From Callorhinchus milii (taxonomy: Eukaryota): a stretch of 64,000 bases of DNA. Location: the NCBI RefSeq assembly GCF_018977255.1, contig NW_024704742.1, positions 5,396,001-5,460,000 on the forward strand, in the 5' to 3' direction. How positions within the stretch are numbered: the stretch's first letter is position 1; every line of letters starts with the position of its first letter. The notes below the pieces were generated by a model. It worked only from the letters and a program-made list of their open reading frames with translations, was not told the DNA's origin and did not search any database. The translations under genes and the position numbers were made by a program. Shown here piece after piece: positions 37,722 through 50,882 of this stretch.

Positions 37722-39250
37722 TGACTTGCATTTATATAATGCCCTGCACAATAGGTGGGGTCCTAGAGCGCTTAGCAATGGCGGAGCGCAAAACCGAACC
37801 AGGGCGAATGGAAAGGTGACCATAAGCATGATCGAAGAGGAAGGTCTTCAAGCACAACCTAAAAATGGGGAAAGAAGAGACAAGATGAGGAGATTGAGGG
37901 AGGGAGTTCAATAGTTTCGGGCTGTAGTGGCTGAAGGCATGGCAGTCAATGGTGGAGCAGAGGAATTCGAGGGACAAGGAGGAGGCCGGCGCCAGTAGAG
38001 CGGTAGATTTGTTTAAAGAGGCACCGGGTACTGCTGTGAGGAGAGAGGAGGCTAGAGAGATGGGGGGTGCCAAGGCGTGGAGGGATTTAAACACTAGAGT
38101 GAGGATCTTGAAGTCAATCAGCTCTGTGACAGAGAGCCAGTGGAGTTTGGCGAGGAATGGAGTAGTCGGGGTAAGGAGTTTGGTGCGGGTAAGAATGTGG
38201 GCAGCGGAGTTTTGAATGAACTGGATTTTCTGAATAGTGGAGGAGGGGAGACCGGTGAGGAGGGCGTTAGAGTAGTCCAGCCGAGAGGTGACAAAGGCGT
38301 GCGCGAGGATTTCGGTAGCTTGTAGAATGAGGTATTGTTGGTGACGGGCAATATGCCGGAGGTGGAGGAAAGCATTCCTGGTCAGGGACCGGATGTGGGG
38401 GAGGAAGGATAACTGGGGACTGAACCTGACGCCTAAGTTGTGCTCGGGTTCAAAGAGCTTTAAGGACAGATCGAGTTAGTTGAGGAGGTCTGAACGCAGG
38501 ATAGAAGATGTCGACGGGAGCCAAAGAGTATGGCTTCCATCTTGTAGAAGTGTAACTGCAAGAAATTTGTGCTCATCCAGGCCTTGATGTCCGTCAGACA
38601 AGCTGACAGAACATTAGAGGACTGGGGGTTGCAGCTGGAGGAGGAGAAGTAGATGAGGAAGAGAAAAGGGCCAAGGATGGAGGCTTGGGGTACCCCGCAG
38701 GTGACTGGGTGGGGGCGAGAAGAAAAGCCATTTGCAGAAATGTAGTGCTGGCGGTTTGTAATATTGGACTCGACCAAGAAAGTGCGGAACCACTGAGGTG
38801 GATGATGGAGGAGAGGCAGTGGAGGAGGACAGGTTGATCGACTGTGTCAAACATGGCAGAGAGGACCAGGAGGCTGAGGAGGCAGAGGGAGCCCTGGTCA
38901 CAGATAGAGAGGACATTGTTTGTGACTTTCAGGAGCGCTGTCTCTTTACTGTGGGCAGTCAGGGCGGAAACCGGACTGGAGGGGTTCAAGTAGGAAGTGG
39001 AGGGAGAGGTGTGCGCGAATTTGGTTGGCAACAATGCATTCCAAAGCTTTGGCCAGGAAGGGCAGGTTTGAACTAAGGCGGTAGTCCACAAGGTTGGAGG
39101 GGTCGAGGGTAGGNTTTTTAAGGAAGGGGGTGATGACTGCGATTTTGAGGGGGAGTGGGACTGATCCTGAGGAGAGGGACTGATTACTGGTGTCTGCCAG
39201 TAGTGGGTGAAGGAGATGGAATGCGTGGGGATGGGAGGGGACACGGGGCA
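37722..39250 (-). mobile_element. L2 LINE 1.5-kb fragment (family B), frameshifted
   Basis: SNLPFLAKALE, LQSGFRP, ETALLKVTN, GVPQASILGP, plus tail. One ambiguous base (n) near 39114. Confidence 0.92.
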
Positions 39251-39329
39251 GGAAGATGAGGCTGCCAGGCGGATGTTTTCTATTTTCGAGGTAAGGAAAC
39301 CCCCTGCTCAACCGCCTTCGCTCAGCTGA

Positions 39330-39505
39330 CACAGCCCTGCTGCGCATCTTTTGTCCCCTCTGATCCACCATCGATGCCCGTGCCTTCAGCCACTATGCCC
39401 CTAATCTCTAGAACTCTCTGCCTCAATCCCTTGCCCCCTCTTTATCTATCTTTAAATCGCACCTGTAGACTTACCTCTTCCACCGTGCCTATGGTTGCCT
39501 CCCAC
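39330..39505 (+). mobile_element. L2 3' fragment, inverted relative to its neighbour
   Basis: Reverse-complement match to about 37830-37980. Confidence 0.75.
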
Positions 39506-40164
39506 TTTCTTCTTTGTCGCCAGCCAACCCCATTACACTGAGACAGTCGCTCACGGACACTTTTGGGGCATCAAGAAGTGGCTGGCCAAACCCCTGCGCC
39601 AGTCCAGGCAAGTCTGCACCAAATCAGGACCTTGTCTCAAACAACAACAACAACAAGATTATCTCCAGTAGATACTGAGCCCCGATACACACGGCACGGG
39701 AATAAACAAAGAAAAGTTCAACAAAGAAAATGTGTTCAGTTAGGCCGAACAAAATGGTTGGGCATCACTGCTCTACACAAAAAGAGAACGGAGCTTCTCT
39801 CTCCTGGTGTCTTGGCCAACAATCCCCCTGATAAAATCGGTGACTCACTTCACGACTCTTTGTGGGACGTTGCTGTGTGCACATTATCTCCGAGTTTCAG
39901 AAATTAGTTCAGCTGAAGTGCGTCTCACCCTGATAGGCATAGTGCTCCAACTGTAAACTGGGAGTTTCCTCATTCATCGACAGATTTATGTATATCTATT
40001 GTATGTATGTTATTTACTGTGTTTTGCCTGCCACAGAATCTGGGGTAGCTCCACAAGGTTCATGCTGTTATAATAAATAAATAATAATTCTTGCATTTGG
40101 TACAGCGCCTTATCACGTCTTCGAGACATCTCAAAGCGCTTCACAGGATATACCGTACAGTGTA

Positions 40165-41040
40165 AGGCAGTTACATTTGCAGATGACAAGTTGGTGGTAG
40201 GGGGGAGTTGGGGTCACTGGAAATCAGAGAAGGCAGCAAAGGTTCTACAAAGAGAGGTTGTATAGGTTTGCAAATTGGCTGGTCACTGGCAAATGAAGTT
40301 TAATACTGATGAATGGAAAGTTATTATTACAGGATCCAAGAATAGGAAACACAAGTACTCATGGATGTGATTGAACTGGCCAAGGAGGAAGCTGAAATCG
40401 ATCTGGGGTGTTATTTAACTCGTCGTACTGTAAGTCAAAACAATATGAGACAGAAATATACAAGGCAAACAGGTTACTGGGCTATATTCCTAAATCAGTT
40501 GAGTTTAGATGCTCAGACATCATACTCAATGCTTTAGTCAGGCTGGGCCTTGAAAACTACACCGTTCTGGTCACCATGACATAAGGACTGTCTGGGCCCT
40601 AAAGGTGGTACAGAGAAGAGCAACGAGGATGATCCCTAGTGTTAACGGAATGAGCCGTGAGTAACGATTAGACAGGCTGGGGCTCTTCAGTCTTGAGAGA
40701 AAGCGACTCTGAGAGAATCTCAAACAGATGGATAAAATTTTAAATGTGATTGGAGAAAATAAACCCAGATCAACACTTTAGGATGTATCATAACAGTAGA
40801 ACAAGAGGACATAGCTTTAGAGGTATAAAGGGGAATTTCAGGACAGATACCAGGAAGATTTTCTTGACACAGAGGGTAATCAATGCCTGGAATAGATTGT
40901 CAGGAAAGGTGGTTGAGGCCAGGACATGAGACTCATTTAAAAAAGCAGCTTGAGCCAAGGGTAGGAGGACAGTAGGGTGGGTGTTCTGGAGGGATGTGGT
41001 CAGATGGAACAAAGAGGCTTCTTCATCCAGATCAATCGTG
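40165..41040 (+). mobile_element. CR1 LINE 3' fragment, abutting a minus-strand SINE tail (40075-40160)
   Basis: FADD, DLGV, KVVQRRATRMI, RTRGHSF and TQRVINAWNRL motifs. Confidence 0.9.
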
Positions 41041-41669
41041 TGATCTTGTGAGATTGTGAGAAAATGGAACAGATTGCCCAGAGCACGATAGACAGAGAAT
41101 TTGATTTAGATAGACTTCAGCGAGGAACGTAAGTCTACAGCACAGAAAGAGTCCATTTTGTGCTGTCCTGGTGCTAGCTCCCCCACTGGAGCTATAATAA
41201 TAATTTTAATAATTTATAATACTAATAAATTTGTAATTTGTAATATTTACCTTAGTCTCGTCTTCCTGCTCTTTCCCCCAATCCTTTGGTTGCACTATTG
41301 CCTCTGAGTCAGAAAGTTACGTTGGGACGTTGAGCTCACAGTCGAGGCTGGCACAAGGCTGAATGGATGTGCCATCCGTCATGTATCAGCTGTGCCATCG
41401 CCTCCACAGGGCGTGGCCTCAGTCTGCAAAGCGGAAAAAATGGTGCCGGGATAAAGCAAAGTGCTGATATTTGCAGAATGTTTGATGACATTGCATAAAT
41501 GGTGCGATGACGTCAACATCTTTAGCCTGGTGTTTATCCATGTGTTTTGTTTCACAAAATATCTATTTATTTGTTGATATACGTTTACGGTTATCTCAGA
41601 CAGTATTGAAATCCATCACAAGGAAAAAAAAACGAGACGCGACACGTTATTTTACAAGTTTGAGTGATT

Positions 41670-42324
41670 TATCTCTCCTCTCCTTGTCCACTGGCACCGT
41701 TCCCACTTACTTAAAAACACCCGTCATCACCCCCATCCTCAAAAAACCTTCCCTGGACCCATCACTGCTCTCCAACTACCAACTCCAATCTCCCTTTCCT
41801 TTCCAAGGTCCTGGAATGAGTCGATGCTTCTCAGTTTCGCAGCTCCTCTCCCGCCACTCCCTCTATGAACCCCTCCAATCGGTTCTGTGCTGCCCACAGC
41901 ATAGAAACACCTTAGTCATGACGAATGACATTTTGTCCGTCTGTGACCAGGGCTCCCTGTGTCGTCTCGTCTTCCTTGACCTCTCTGCTGCCTCTGACCC
42001 TGTCAACCATTCTATCCTCCGCACCGCCTCTCCTCTTACCTCAACTTCCATGTCCTTGACTGGTTCAAATCCTACCTCTCACACCGTCTCCGATTTGTCT
42101 CCACGAACGGCTTCTCCTCCAGCCCCTGCACCATTAGATGCAACGTTCCTCAGGGCTCTGTCTTTGGTCTTCTCCTCTTCAACACCTACATGTCTTAGTG
42201 ACATCATCCAAAGATATGGGGTCAACTTCCATATGTATGCAGAACACACCCAACTCTATCTCTCTGCCCTCACGCTCAATACCAGAACCACTGCTGTCCT
42301 GACAGAATGTCTGTCAGACATCAA
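41670..42324 (+). mobile_element. L2 host element, left part
   Basis: [39 protein letters not shown]. Confidence 0.9.
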
Positions 42325-44021
42325 CAACAACAAAATAACTACAACAACAAAATTACAACAACAACAAAATTACATTTATAGAGCACCTTTCACGTCGGGA
42401 GGACGTCCCAAACCACTGAACAGTCAGATGTCGGGGCCCGAGCATGAGGAGGGATGGTGTAGGGGTGAGGGAAGGCAGAGAGGTGGGAGAGAGACCAAAG
42501 GCACGGTCGAAGAGAAGGGTCTTGAGACCGGCCTTGAAGGATGCAAGAGAGTAAGCGAGGCAAAGGGACCATGGGATCGAGTTCCAGAGTATGGGGGCAG
42601 AGAGGCTGAAAGCTCGGCCACCGATGGATGGTAGGGCGGGTTGGGCGGGAGACATGGAGCAGACCGGAGCCTGATGAGCAGAGGGAGTGGGCAGGTTGGT
42701 AGGGAGACAGAAGGTCAGAGAGGTAGGAGGGGACAAGGCCATGGATGGCCTTAAAGGTGAGGATGAGGATCTTGAACTCGATCCTCTGGAGCCAGTGGAG
42801 TCGGGCGAGGGTGGGAGTGATGGGGTCACGGAGCCTGGTGCGTGAGAGTACACAAGCTGCAGAGTTTTGGATGATCTGCAGCTTGTGAAGGGAGGAGTTG
42901 GGAAGGTCGATGAGGAGGGAGTTCCCGTAATCGAGCCTTGAGGTGACGAATGAGTGGGTGAGGGTTTGGGCAGCCTGAGGGGTGAGGAAATGGCGCAGTC
43001 TGGCAATGTTGCGGAGGTGGTGGTAGGCAGTGCCGGTCATGGCGCGGATTTGGGGAAGAAAGGACAGTTCAGGGTCAAACAAGACACCCAGGGTCCTGAC
43101 TGGCTTTGTGAGGTTGAGTGTGCTGCCAGCGCCTGAGGTGCGGAGGGGCTGGCACGAGCCATTCAGGAGGGCCTCAGTCTTGTTGATGTTGAGTTGGAGA
43201 AAGTTGTCCCTCGTCCAGGACTTGATGTCGGACAGGCAGTTGGTCAGGACCTCAGTAGCCCTAGTGTTCAGGGTGGAGGCAGAGAGATAGAGTTGGGTGT
43301 CATTCCCATACATGTGGAAGTTGACCCCATTTCTGCGAATGACGTCACGAAGGGGGAGTATGCAGAAGGTGATGAGGAGGGGACCGAGTACAGAGCCCCG
43401 AGGAACACCGGACGAGACGGTGCGGGGCTGGAGGAGAAACCGATTGCTGACGCAGTGGAGGCGGTGCGAAAGGTAGGATCTGAACCAATCAAGGACAGAA
43501 CCTTGAAGGTTGAGGTGGGAGGAGAGTTGGTGGAGGAGGATTGAGTGGTCCACGGTATCAAAGGTGGCAGAGAGGTCAAAGAGGACGAGGAGGCAGAGGG
43601 AGCCCTGGTCACACATGGCCAGAATGTCATTTGTGACATCCTGACCATGTCGAGGGAAGGTTTTTTCAAGGTGGGGGTGGTAGTGGTTGTTTTGAAGGCG
43701 GAAGGAACAGTGCCAGATGACATGGAGAGGTTAATGATGTCGGCGAGTAGTGGGGCAAGGAGGTGGAGCTGGGATTTAAGGAGAGGGGTAGGGATGGGGT
43801 CGAGGGAGCAGGTGGTGGACTTCATGGAGGTTACCGTGTTGAAAACAGAGGAGGGGTGACAGGTTCAAAGGTGTGAAAGGAGGGATGGATAGTTATCGGA
43901 TGGGTATTTGTGTGGGGTGGGGGTAGGGAGGGGTTGGAAGTTGGGAGGGCAGTGACAGCTGAGCGAATTCCCTCGATTTTGGGCTCGAGGAAGTCCAGCA
44001 TTTTCTCGCAGTGAGAATCGG
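42325..44021 (-). mobile_element. Younger L2 (family A), 1.7 kb, nested; RT inactive
   Basis: 408-aa ORF with DLSATFDTVDH and GVPRGSVLGP. YADD is mutated to YGND. Intact tail. Confidence 0.95.
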
Positions 44022-44905
44022 AGTCCTGGATGAGAGCTAACTTTCTCCAGTTGTACCTCAACAAGCCTGAGGCTCTCCTGACTGGCTCCCACTAGCGCCT
44101 CCATACCTCAGGCCCTGACAGCATCACCATCCACGGATGCACACTCCACCTCACTGAGCCGGTCTGGAACCTTGGCGTCTTGTTTGACCCTCAATTTTCC
44201 TTTCTACCGCACATCTGTACCATAACCCGCTCTGCCTCCCCTCATCTCCGCAACATCGCCCGGCATCGCCACTGTCTCTGCCCTCAGGCCACCGAGACCC
44301 TCATCCACTCATTCATCTCATCCAGGCTCCACTACGGATACTCCCCCTGCGTGTCAGCCTTCCCAACTCTTCCCTTCACAAGTTGCAGACCATTTGGAAC
44401 TCTGCACCTCGTGTCCTCCCCCGCACCAGGCTCCGTGACACTACCAACCCCCACCCTCGCCCAGCTCCATTGGCTTCCCATCCATCCAGAGGATAGGGTT
44501 CAAGATCCTCGTCCTTGCCTTCAAGGTTCTCCAGGCATTGCCCCCTCCCTACCTGTGTGATCTGCTAACCCCCTATCAACCTGTCCACTCCCTCTGCTCA
44601 GCAGGTTCCGACTTGCTTCATGTGTCTTCCATCAGTGGTCGGGCCTTCAGCCTCTCTGTCCCCAACCTTTGGAACTCCATCCCACAGCCCCATCGTCTCA
44701 CTCCCTTCCTTGCCTCCTTCAAAGCACATCTCAAAGCCCTCCTCTTCGACCCGCACCTTCAATCACCCTCCGACTCCTACCCCCATTGCCCACCACCCCT
44801 CCTGATCCTGAGCCCCCACTTGGGTTCAAATCCCTGACTGTCCAGCATCTTGGAACGTACACCCGACACGAAAAGCGATATACACATGCAAGTTGTTGTT
44901 GTTTA
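44022..44905 (+). mobile_element. L2 host element, right part
   Basis: Resumes at SWMRANFLQL, continues through LAQLHWLPI and LWNSIP to the tail. Confidence 0.9.
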
Positions 44906-44959
44906 TGTATTTGTACCCCTAAATCCTTCTGCTCCAAGAATATTGATAGGATATTCAGC

Positions 44960-45190
44960 CATCGAGACGTTAGCCAAGCCCAATCCTGATCCCACCCTAA
45001 ACCACACACGTACACTTTCTAGCTGGCATCATAGACTTGCAAACAGGAGCACAAACCCTGTCTTACTGTTTTCTCCCTAACTCAGCAGCACTTTTTCCAA
45101 CTGCTGAAATGCTGACGTGGCTGGGATCAGATAACGCAGCACAGACCAGGAATTAAACCTCCGATGATCTGGTTTTTATGGCTCATGGTC
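44960..45190 (-). mobile_element. LF-SINE-like fragment
   Basis: Minus strand TGAGCCAT..ACCAG..TCCTGGTCTGTGCTGCGTTATCTGATCCCAGCC..GTTAGGGAG..GCTCCTG..AAAGTGTACGTGTGTGG. Confidence 0.7.
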
Positions 45191-46097
45191 ATGAGTTCCT
45201 TTACCATGGGAGAAATGCTCATCTGAGAGTTTTCATTCAGAAGTTTGTAGCATTAAATTTGAAATTAGCTGTACTGTAAATTGTCTTGTCAGTGGATACC
45301 AGAAGTGACGGTAAATAGATAGAGAACACACAGCACCTTTTCAGCAAAAAATGCTCATAAATAATCTACAGGAGGATATATTTCTAGTACGTTTATAACA
45401 TTTTCCTGGTAATATATCATGTGTGATTGAGTAACATTAAAAATAGGTCTGGATAAATTAGCCAAGGGTGTTGTAATGCACATTTGAAAAGGAAACATGG
45501 AACGTTTATGTAATGGACAAGATTGATTAAATACCGGGATCTCATGAGCATTTAATTGTAAATTTAAACTCTTTTTTATCACTATGTTACCTGAACCTGT
45601 ATTATTCTTTCTTAACCATAATTTGGAACATTATGACCCCCTTAACAATCCATTGAAGAGTTCATCAAAGACCCACAATGACAATTCGAGGCCCGAGAGC
45701 ACTAGTTAGAAAGAGAGTTTACGCACTGATTTGTTGTCCCTGGAGCAAAGAAAGTGGAGAAGGAACGTGATTGAGGCCTCTCAGGAATCAAAAACATTAA
45801 TAGTGTAGTTTACGTGGCTTTTAACTATGATCTCAGCACAAAAAGACACCCGTTCAAAGTTAGACATTGAAACCATGACTAGAAATGAGAATTCTTTTGC
45901 CACAGAGCATTAGCTATCAGGAAGAAAAACATTAGTAACGCTGTGTTGATTAATTCTTTCAAAAAGGATCTGAATGAACATCTGGTTCTGATAATGACGT
46001 GAGGTTATGAAGATGAAAGAGGCAAGCTAATCACCCAGACCAGTACTCACCCATCCATTAGGACCTGCATGTCTACAGCTCCACAATCCAGTTTTGG

Positions 46098-46472
46098 ATT
46101 AATAATAATCCTTGCATTTGATATAGCGCCTTATGACGTACGTCTTCGAGGCGTCTCAAAGCGCTTCACAGAATATACCGTAAAGTGAATTGACTGTATA
46201 TTTTGTGGGCGAAATGTGGCAGCCAATTGTGCACAGCAGCGTCCCACAAACAGTCGTGGATTGAAGTGATCAATTTATTATATTTTTAAGGAATTATTAG
46301 CCCCAGAAAAGCGATCCACCAATCGATTAACAACCGGGATCCCTACTTACCGCTAGGTAAACAGAGGCGTGTGGAGAAAGGAAACTTGCCCAACGTTTTG
46401 TCCGGCTGGGAATCAAACCCAGGTCCTCTCGCTTGCGAGAACGGTGCTCTAACCACTGAGCTACAAGACTTC
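46098..46472 (-). mobile_element. tRNA SINE, full length, low divergence
   Basis: Near-complete reverse-complement match to 27139-27514. Confidence 0.93.
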
Positions 46473-47049
46473 ATATAGATTTGTGGGTTGAGATAATAAA
46501 TAAAATAATAATAATAATTTTATTATTAAAATGAAATTTGAGATGCTGGCTACACTGGGGCTTTTGCATTGGAGAGAGCATATGATAGAGCTGATAGGGG
46601 TGTGTAAGATTGTGACGGGGCATGAGTGGTTAAACAGAGGGGAAAAAAATTCCTTCTCGGGATTGTTAGCAAAATAATTAGAAGGAATTTATTCACTCTG
46701 AGGATTGTGCAGTTCATTACCACAAATAGCTTTGGATCAATAGAATTATTCAAAAGGGAATCGCACAGGTTTCGGAGCAGTAAAGCACTAAGGGACAAAG
46801 GGAAAAGCTGGAAAGTCTGATTCAATGAAAAAGTGACTCAGAAAAACAGATAGCAATAATACAGTCATGATAAGCTGAATGGTCTCCTTCTGGGCTGAAA
46901 ATTTCCATGTTACTATGTCTAGAATGAAGTGGAATGACCACCAGAGGCCCTAGTTTTTATCAAAAGCCCCTAAAAATCCAAACAAATGATCATTTTCGAT
47001 GTACTTAAATACAATTGGACAAGGCGTGACCCTTTCCCAGGTTGCTGCT

Positions 47050-47172
47050 GCCATGTTTCGTTTACGAAATATACAGTCAATCCATTTCACGGTATCTTTT
47101 GTGAAGCGCTTTGAGACATCTCAAAGACGTGATAAGGCACTACATCAAATGCAAGGATTATTATTATTATAT
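47050..47172 (+). mobile_element. tRNA SINE 3' fragment
   Basis: Family tail. Confidence 0.8.
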
Positions 47173-47777
47173 TATTGTATGTAGAAAGATCTTTGTCCTC
47201 TGTTCTCATTCGATTGATATTTAAATGTCGCATAAAACGCTTTGGATCATATCTTTTCCATCAGAAGAGTGACTGTACAGCGTATAACAACTATTTGTCC
47301 CGAACCAAAAAAACCATCAGATATTTCTGGTTTGCTTCTCTTTTGCCATCAAATCGGTGAATTGGAGTCTATGCCGGAGGTCATCATAGAGCCCAGAATT
47401 ACTATCATATGACGGACACTTGTGGGTGGATTTACTGTGGGATTCAATCCCCCTCACCCTTCAATTTATAAATAGCTGATCCAAACGTGAGCTCAGCATA
47501 TTATATGACACATGACCATCAAAAGGGACTAAGAGAGTTCTTTGCCTTGTGATCCTTGGTTAGAATGATAATCAATCACCACAAACTCATTCCATAATAT
47601 TAGATTAGATTTCATTTACTGAGCCAGCTGTAAATGTAATTGTTTTTTTTTATTCCGTTATTGTTGCATTGTGCATAAGGGCCGGGTTCAGCATTCCTGC
47701 ATGCAGAGTAAGAAAGGAGATTAGGTTCCTGGTTTAAACTGATTTTTAAATCAATTTTAGAAGAGAGATATTTTTGA

Positions 47778-48260
47778 AAACAACAATACGTTGCACTGAT
47801 GTACAGCGCCTTTCACATCAGGAAGATGTCCCAAGGAGGGCTGGAGCCAAGAGAGAGGTAGAGGGCAAGGGGTGCGGGGGGGGGGGGGGGGTGGGGGGGG
47901 GGGGGTTTGGTGGTGAGAAGATGGCTGAAGAGGTGTGGTATGAAGAGGAAGGTCTTGACATGGGCCTTGAATGAGATAAGGGAAGGGGCAAGGCAGAAGG
48001 GCTCTGAGATGGTGTGAAGAAAGGCTAAAGTCCCGACCTCCGATGGTGGGACGGGTAGGGCAGGGGACATGGAGCAGGCCAGTTTCTGCCGGAGTGGAGG
48101 GTGCGAACAGGTTGGTAGGGCTTTAGCAGGCCACAGATGTAGGGTGGAGCAAGACTGTGGAGGGCTTTAAAGATGAGGACAGGGATTTTAAACTTGATCC
48201 TCTGGGGGGATGGGGAGCGAGTGAAGCCGGGCGAGGATGGGGGTGATCGGCTCATGGGGC
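47778..48260 (-). mobile_element. L2 3' fragment with an expanded G-run
   Basis: QRIKFKIPVLIFKALHSLAPPY; G-rich tract at about 47869-47905. Confidence 0.85.
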
Positions 48261-50479
48261 TTAGTGCTAGGTTAAGCCAGCGAGGTTTACTGTGTAAGGA
48301 CATACTCGGGGATGGGGATTCAAACCCAGCCCTGCTCAGAGGAGCAGTAAAATGCATAATGTGATAGAAATTCTAAATGAAGAATCCTTCTCCAATGAAG
48401 TATGCAAACCGCATACATATATAATAAATAAATAATAGTGTATGCAATAATAAATAATAAATAATAATAAAGTATGCAAACCGCATACGTATATAAATAA
48501 ATAAACACTTAATGTAATGCCTCATCATGTTGAAATGCCACAAAGCATTTCACGTGATGAGTTTATTCTAAAGGGTAAGGAAGATATTTTTTGCCTGAGT
48601 TTCTTCTTTTACATCCTGGGTAGTAGCTCAGTTGGTTGTCCTGGGATTTGAATCCACGCTATTCTTTGTTGTTTCCGAGATCAATAAAATATTTACGGCT
48701 GTATGTTTGAAATAAATATCCTGGTTGGGTGGGGATTGGAGGTAAGGGGTGGGCTTTTCTGACCTGGACACATGTCTGTCAAAGACAGCCAAGTTTACAA
48801 ATAATCCAAACCAGATTGAAGGTGTAAATTTGTCCTCAATCCTAGGTCTAATGGGTGGAGAGTGTGATGCTAGATGGAGAAGTACTGTGTAAGGTAAATA
48901 ATAATAATAATTATTATTATTATGTAAGGTAAACCATTTGATATTCTCCTATTAGATGCCCTCCAATGCCATGTTTGTTTGACAAGTAGCACTGATTGCG
49001 TTGCAGGTAATATAGTGCAATAGAATTTACATTTATATAGTTCCTTTCCCGTCGAGAGAATGTCTTAAAGTGCTTTACACTGTTGACTGGGCACCCGAGC
49101 TGCCTGTATATCTGCTGGGTGTGGCTGATTTTTCCTTCTCTCTGCTGCTGAGATGAAATCCCTCCAAGGTCGAATGACACACGAGAGGGGTCTGGCATTT
49201 AAACCCCAGCCCCGTTCAAAGTAGCAGTAAAACGTATAAAGTGATAGAAATCAGAAGTGAAGTTATAACGCGGAATCCTTCTCCAATAAAATAAAGTAAC
49301 TGAACTGCACACGTATATAAATAATATACAAATAACACTCGTGTTTCGTGTTGCGGCTTATCATGTTGAAACGTCTGAAAGAGGTTCACTTGATGAGTTA
49401 TTTTGAACTTTAGTGAACATTGTTATGGAGGCAAAATGAGGTAGCTAATATGTCCAGTAATGTGCTGCAACATTGACGTACAGTAACACGCCGTTACCAG
49501 CGATGAGAGGAAGGGCCACTTCATCTTTATTTCGGTGACCATTTCAGGAGCGAGTAATATTGCCTGGGACACCGGGAGAACTCTCTGCTTATCTGTGATG
49601 TAGGGCCAAGGGTCTTAAGTCCATGTGAACTACCACAGCAGGCAGACCGTGACTTGATTTTTATGTCTCATTCAAGCATGTCCTCAGCTGTAACTGAAAC
49701 CACACACAGGAACGATTTAATGCCTTGTACACGAGGCAGTAATTAAAGTTATCAGCTTAGAACAAGGTCATTTTATTCAGTTCATTAGAAAGACCGAAGA
49801 AAGAACAGAGCCAAGACATGAAGCAAATAAGGGCACGGAATTGGTTTGATAATCTGTGCGCTTGATATCACGCCTTACACTCCACGAGGACTCAAAGTGC
49901 TTCACAGGACTCACTGTGTTGTGTAGTGACTTATTTTGTAGGTGAATGTGGCAGTGAATTAATTCACAGACTGTTGGCCCAGGCCAGGACACTGGGAGAG
50001 GAACCTTCCCTACTGAAATAGTGCAATGGGATCTTTAATGTTCACCTGACATCCAAAGGATAGATTCTACTTCAACTACAGCTTGTGGCAGAGAATTTCA
50101 CATTCAAACCTGCGCAAACAAATTGTTTTCTAACCTTTTCTTTAATTCTACAAACACACACATACACACACACACACGTATATCCATGTTGATCACTGCA
50201 GCACTAGAGATAATTAAATTAACTTCTTGGTACTGTGTTAGCTCAATGTTATCAATAGTCGAAAGATCCCAAAATTGGGAGTGCAATTCTTCATTAAAAA
50301 ATATCAAATAACTAAAACATTTTAAGAAAGTAAGAATAAAAAAATTAAGTCTCAGTGAATTATGACTTTACGTAGTCTTTTTCACAGTAGTTGTTCCTGT
50401 CTGGGAACATGTTGTTTATTACAGTCGCTTTAGCTACTCGGTGTGAAACCATCACTCTGCTTTTTGTACGGTGGTTATT

Positions 50480-50882
50480 TGGCCTCGCTCCCTCCTACCT
50501 CTCTGACCTACTATCCCCCTACCTACCTGCCCGTACCCTTCGTTCCTCTGGCTCCGGTCTGCTCCACATCCCCCGCCCCAACCGCCCTACCATCGGTGGC
50601 CGGGCCTTCAGCCTCTCAGCCCGAGGCTCTGGAACTCTATCCCCAGTGCCTTCGCCGCCTCCTCCCTTTCCTCCTTCAAGGTCGGTCCCAAAACCTTTCT
50701 CTTTGACCGATCCTTCAGCTCCCCTCTCGACTCTCTACCCCCTCCTCGCTCCCTCCCTTCCCTCCCCTCACCCTGACCATTTCCCCCCAATGCTCGGGTC
50801 CTGACCCAACTGTACAGCGCCTCGGGACGTCCTCCCGACGTGAAAGGCGCTCTATAAATGGAATCTTGTTGTTGTTGTTGTT
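50480..50882 (+). mobile_element. Young L2 3' end (family A)
   Basis: GLAPSYLSDLL..RTLRSS..IGGRAFS plus an intact tail. Its 3' 210 nt are very similar to 53838-54050. Confidence 0.92.

Noticed and set aside
41507..43616. 375-aa and 408-aa ORFs as functional reverse transcriptase genes
   Set aside because: Truncated, frameshifted L2 relics; the catalytic YADD is mutated to YAEH and YGND.
47869..47905. G-quadruplex-forming G-run
   Set aside because: Lies in an L2 3' UTR homopolymer expansion; no evidence of function.
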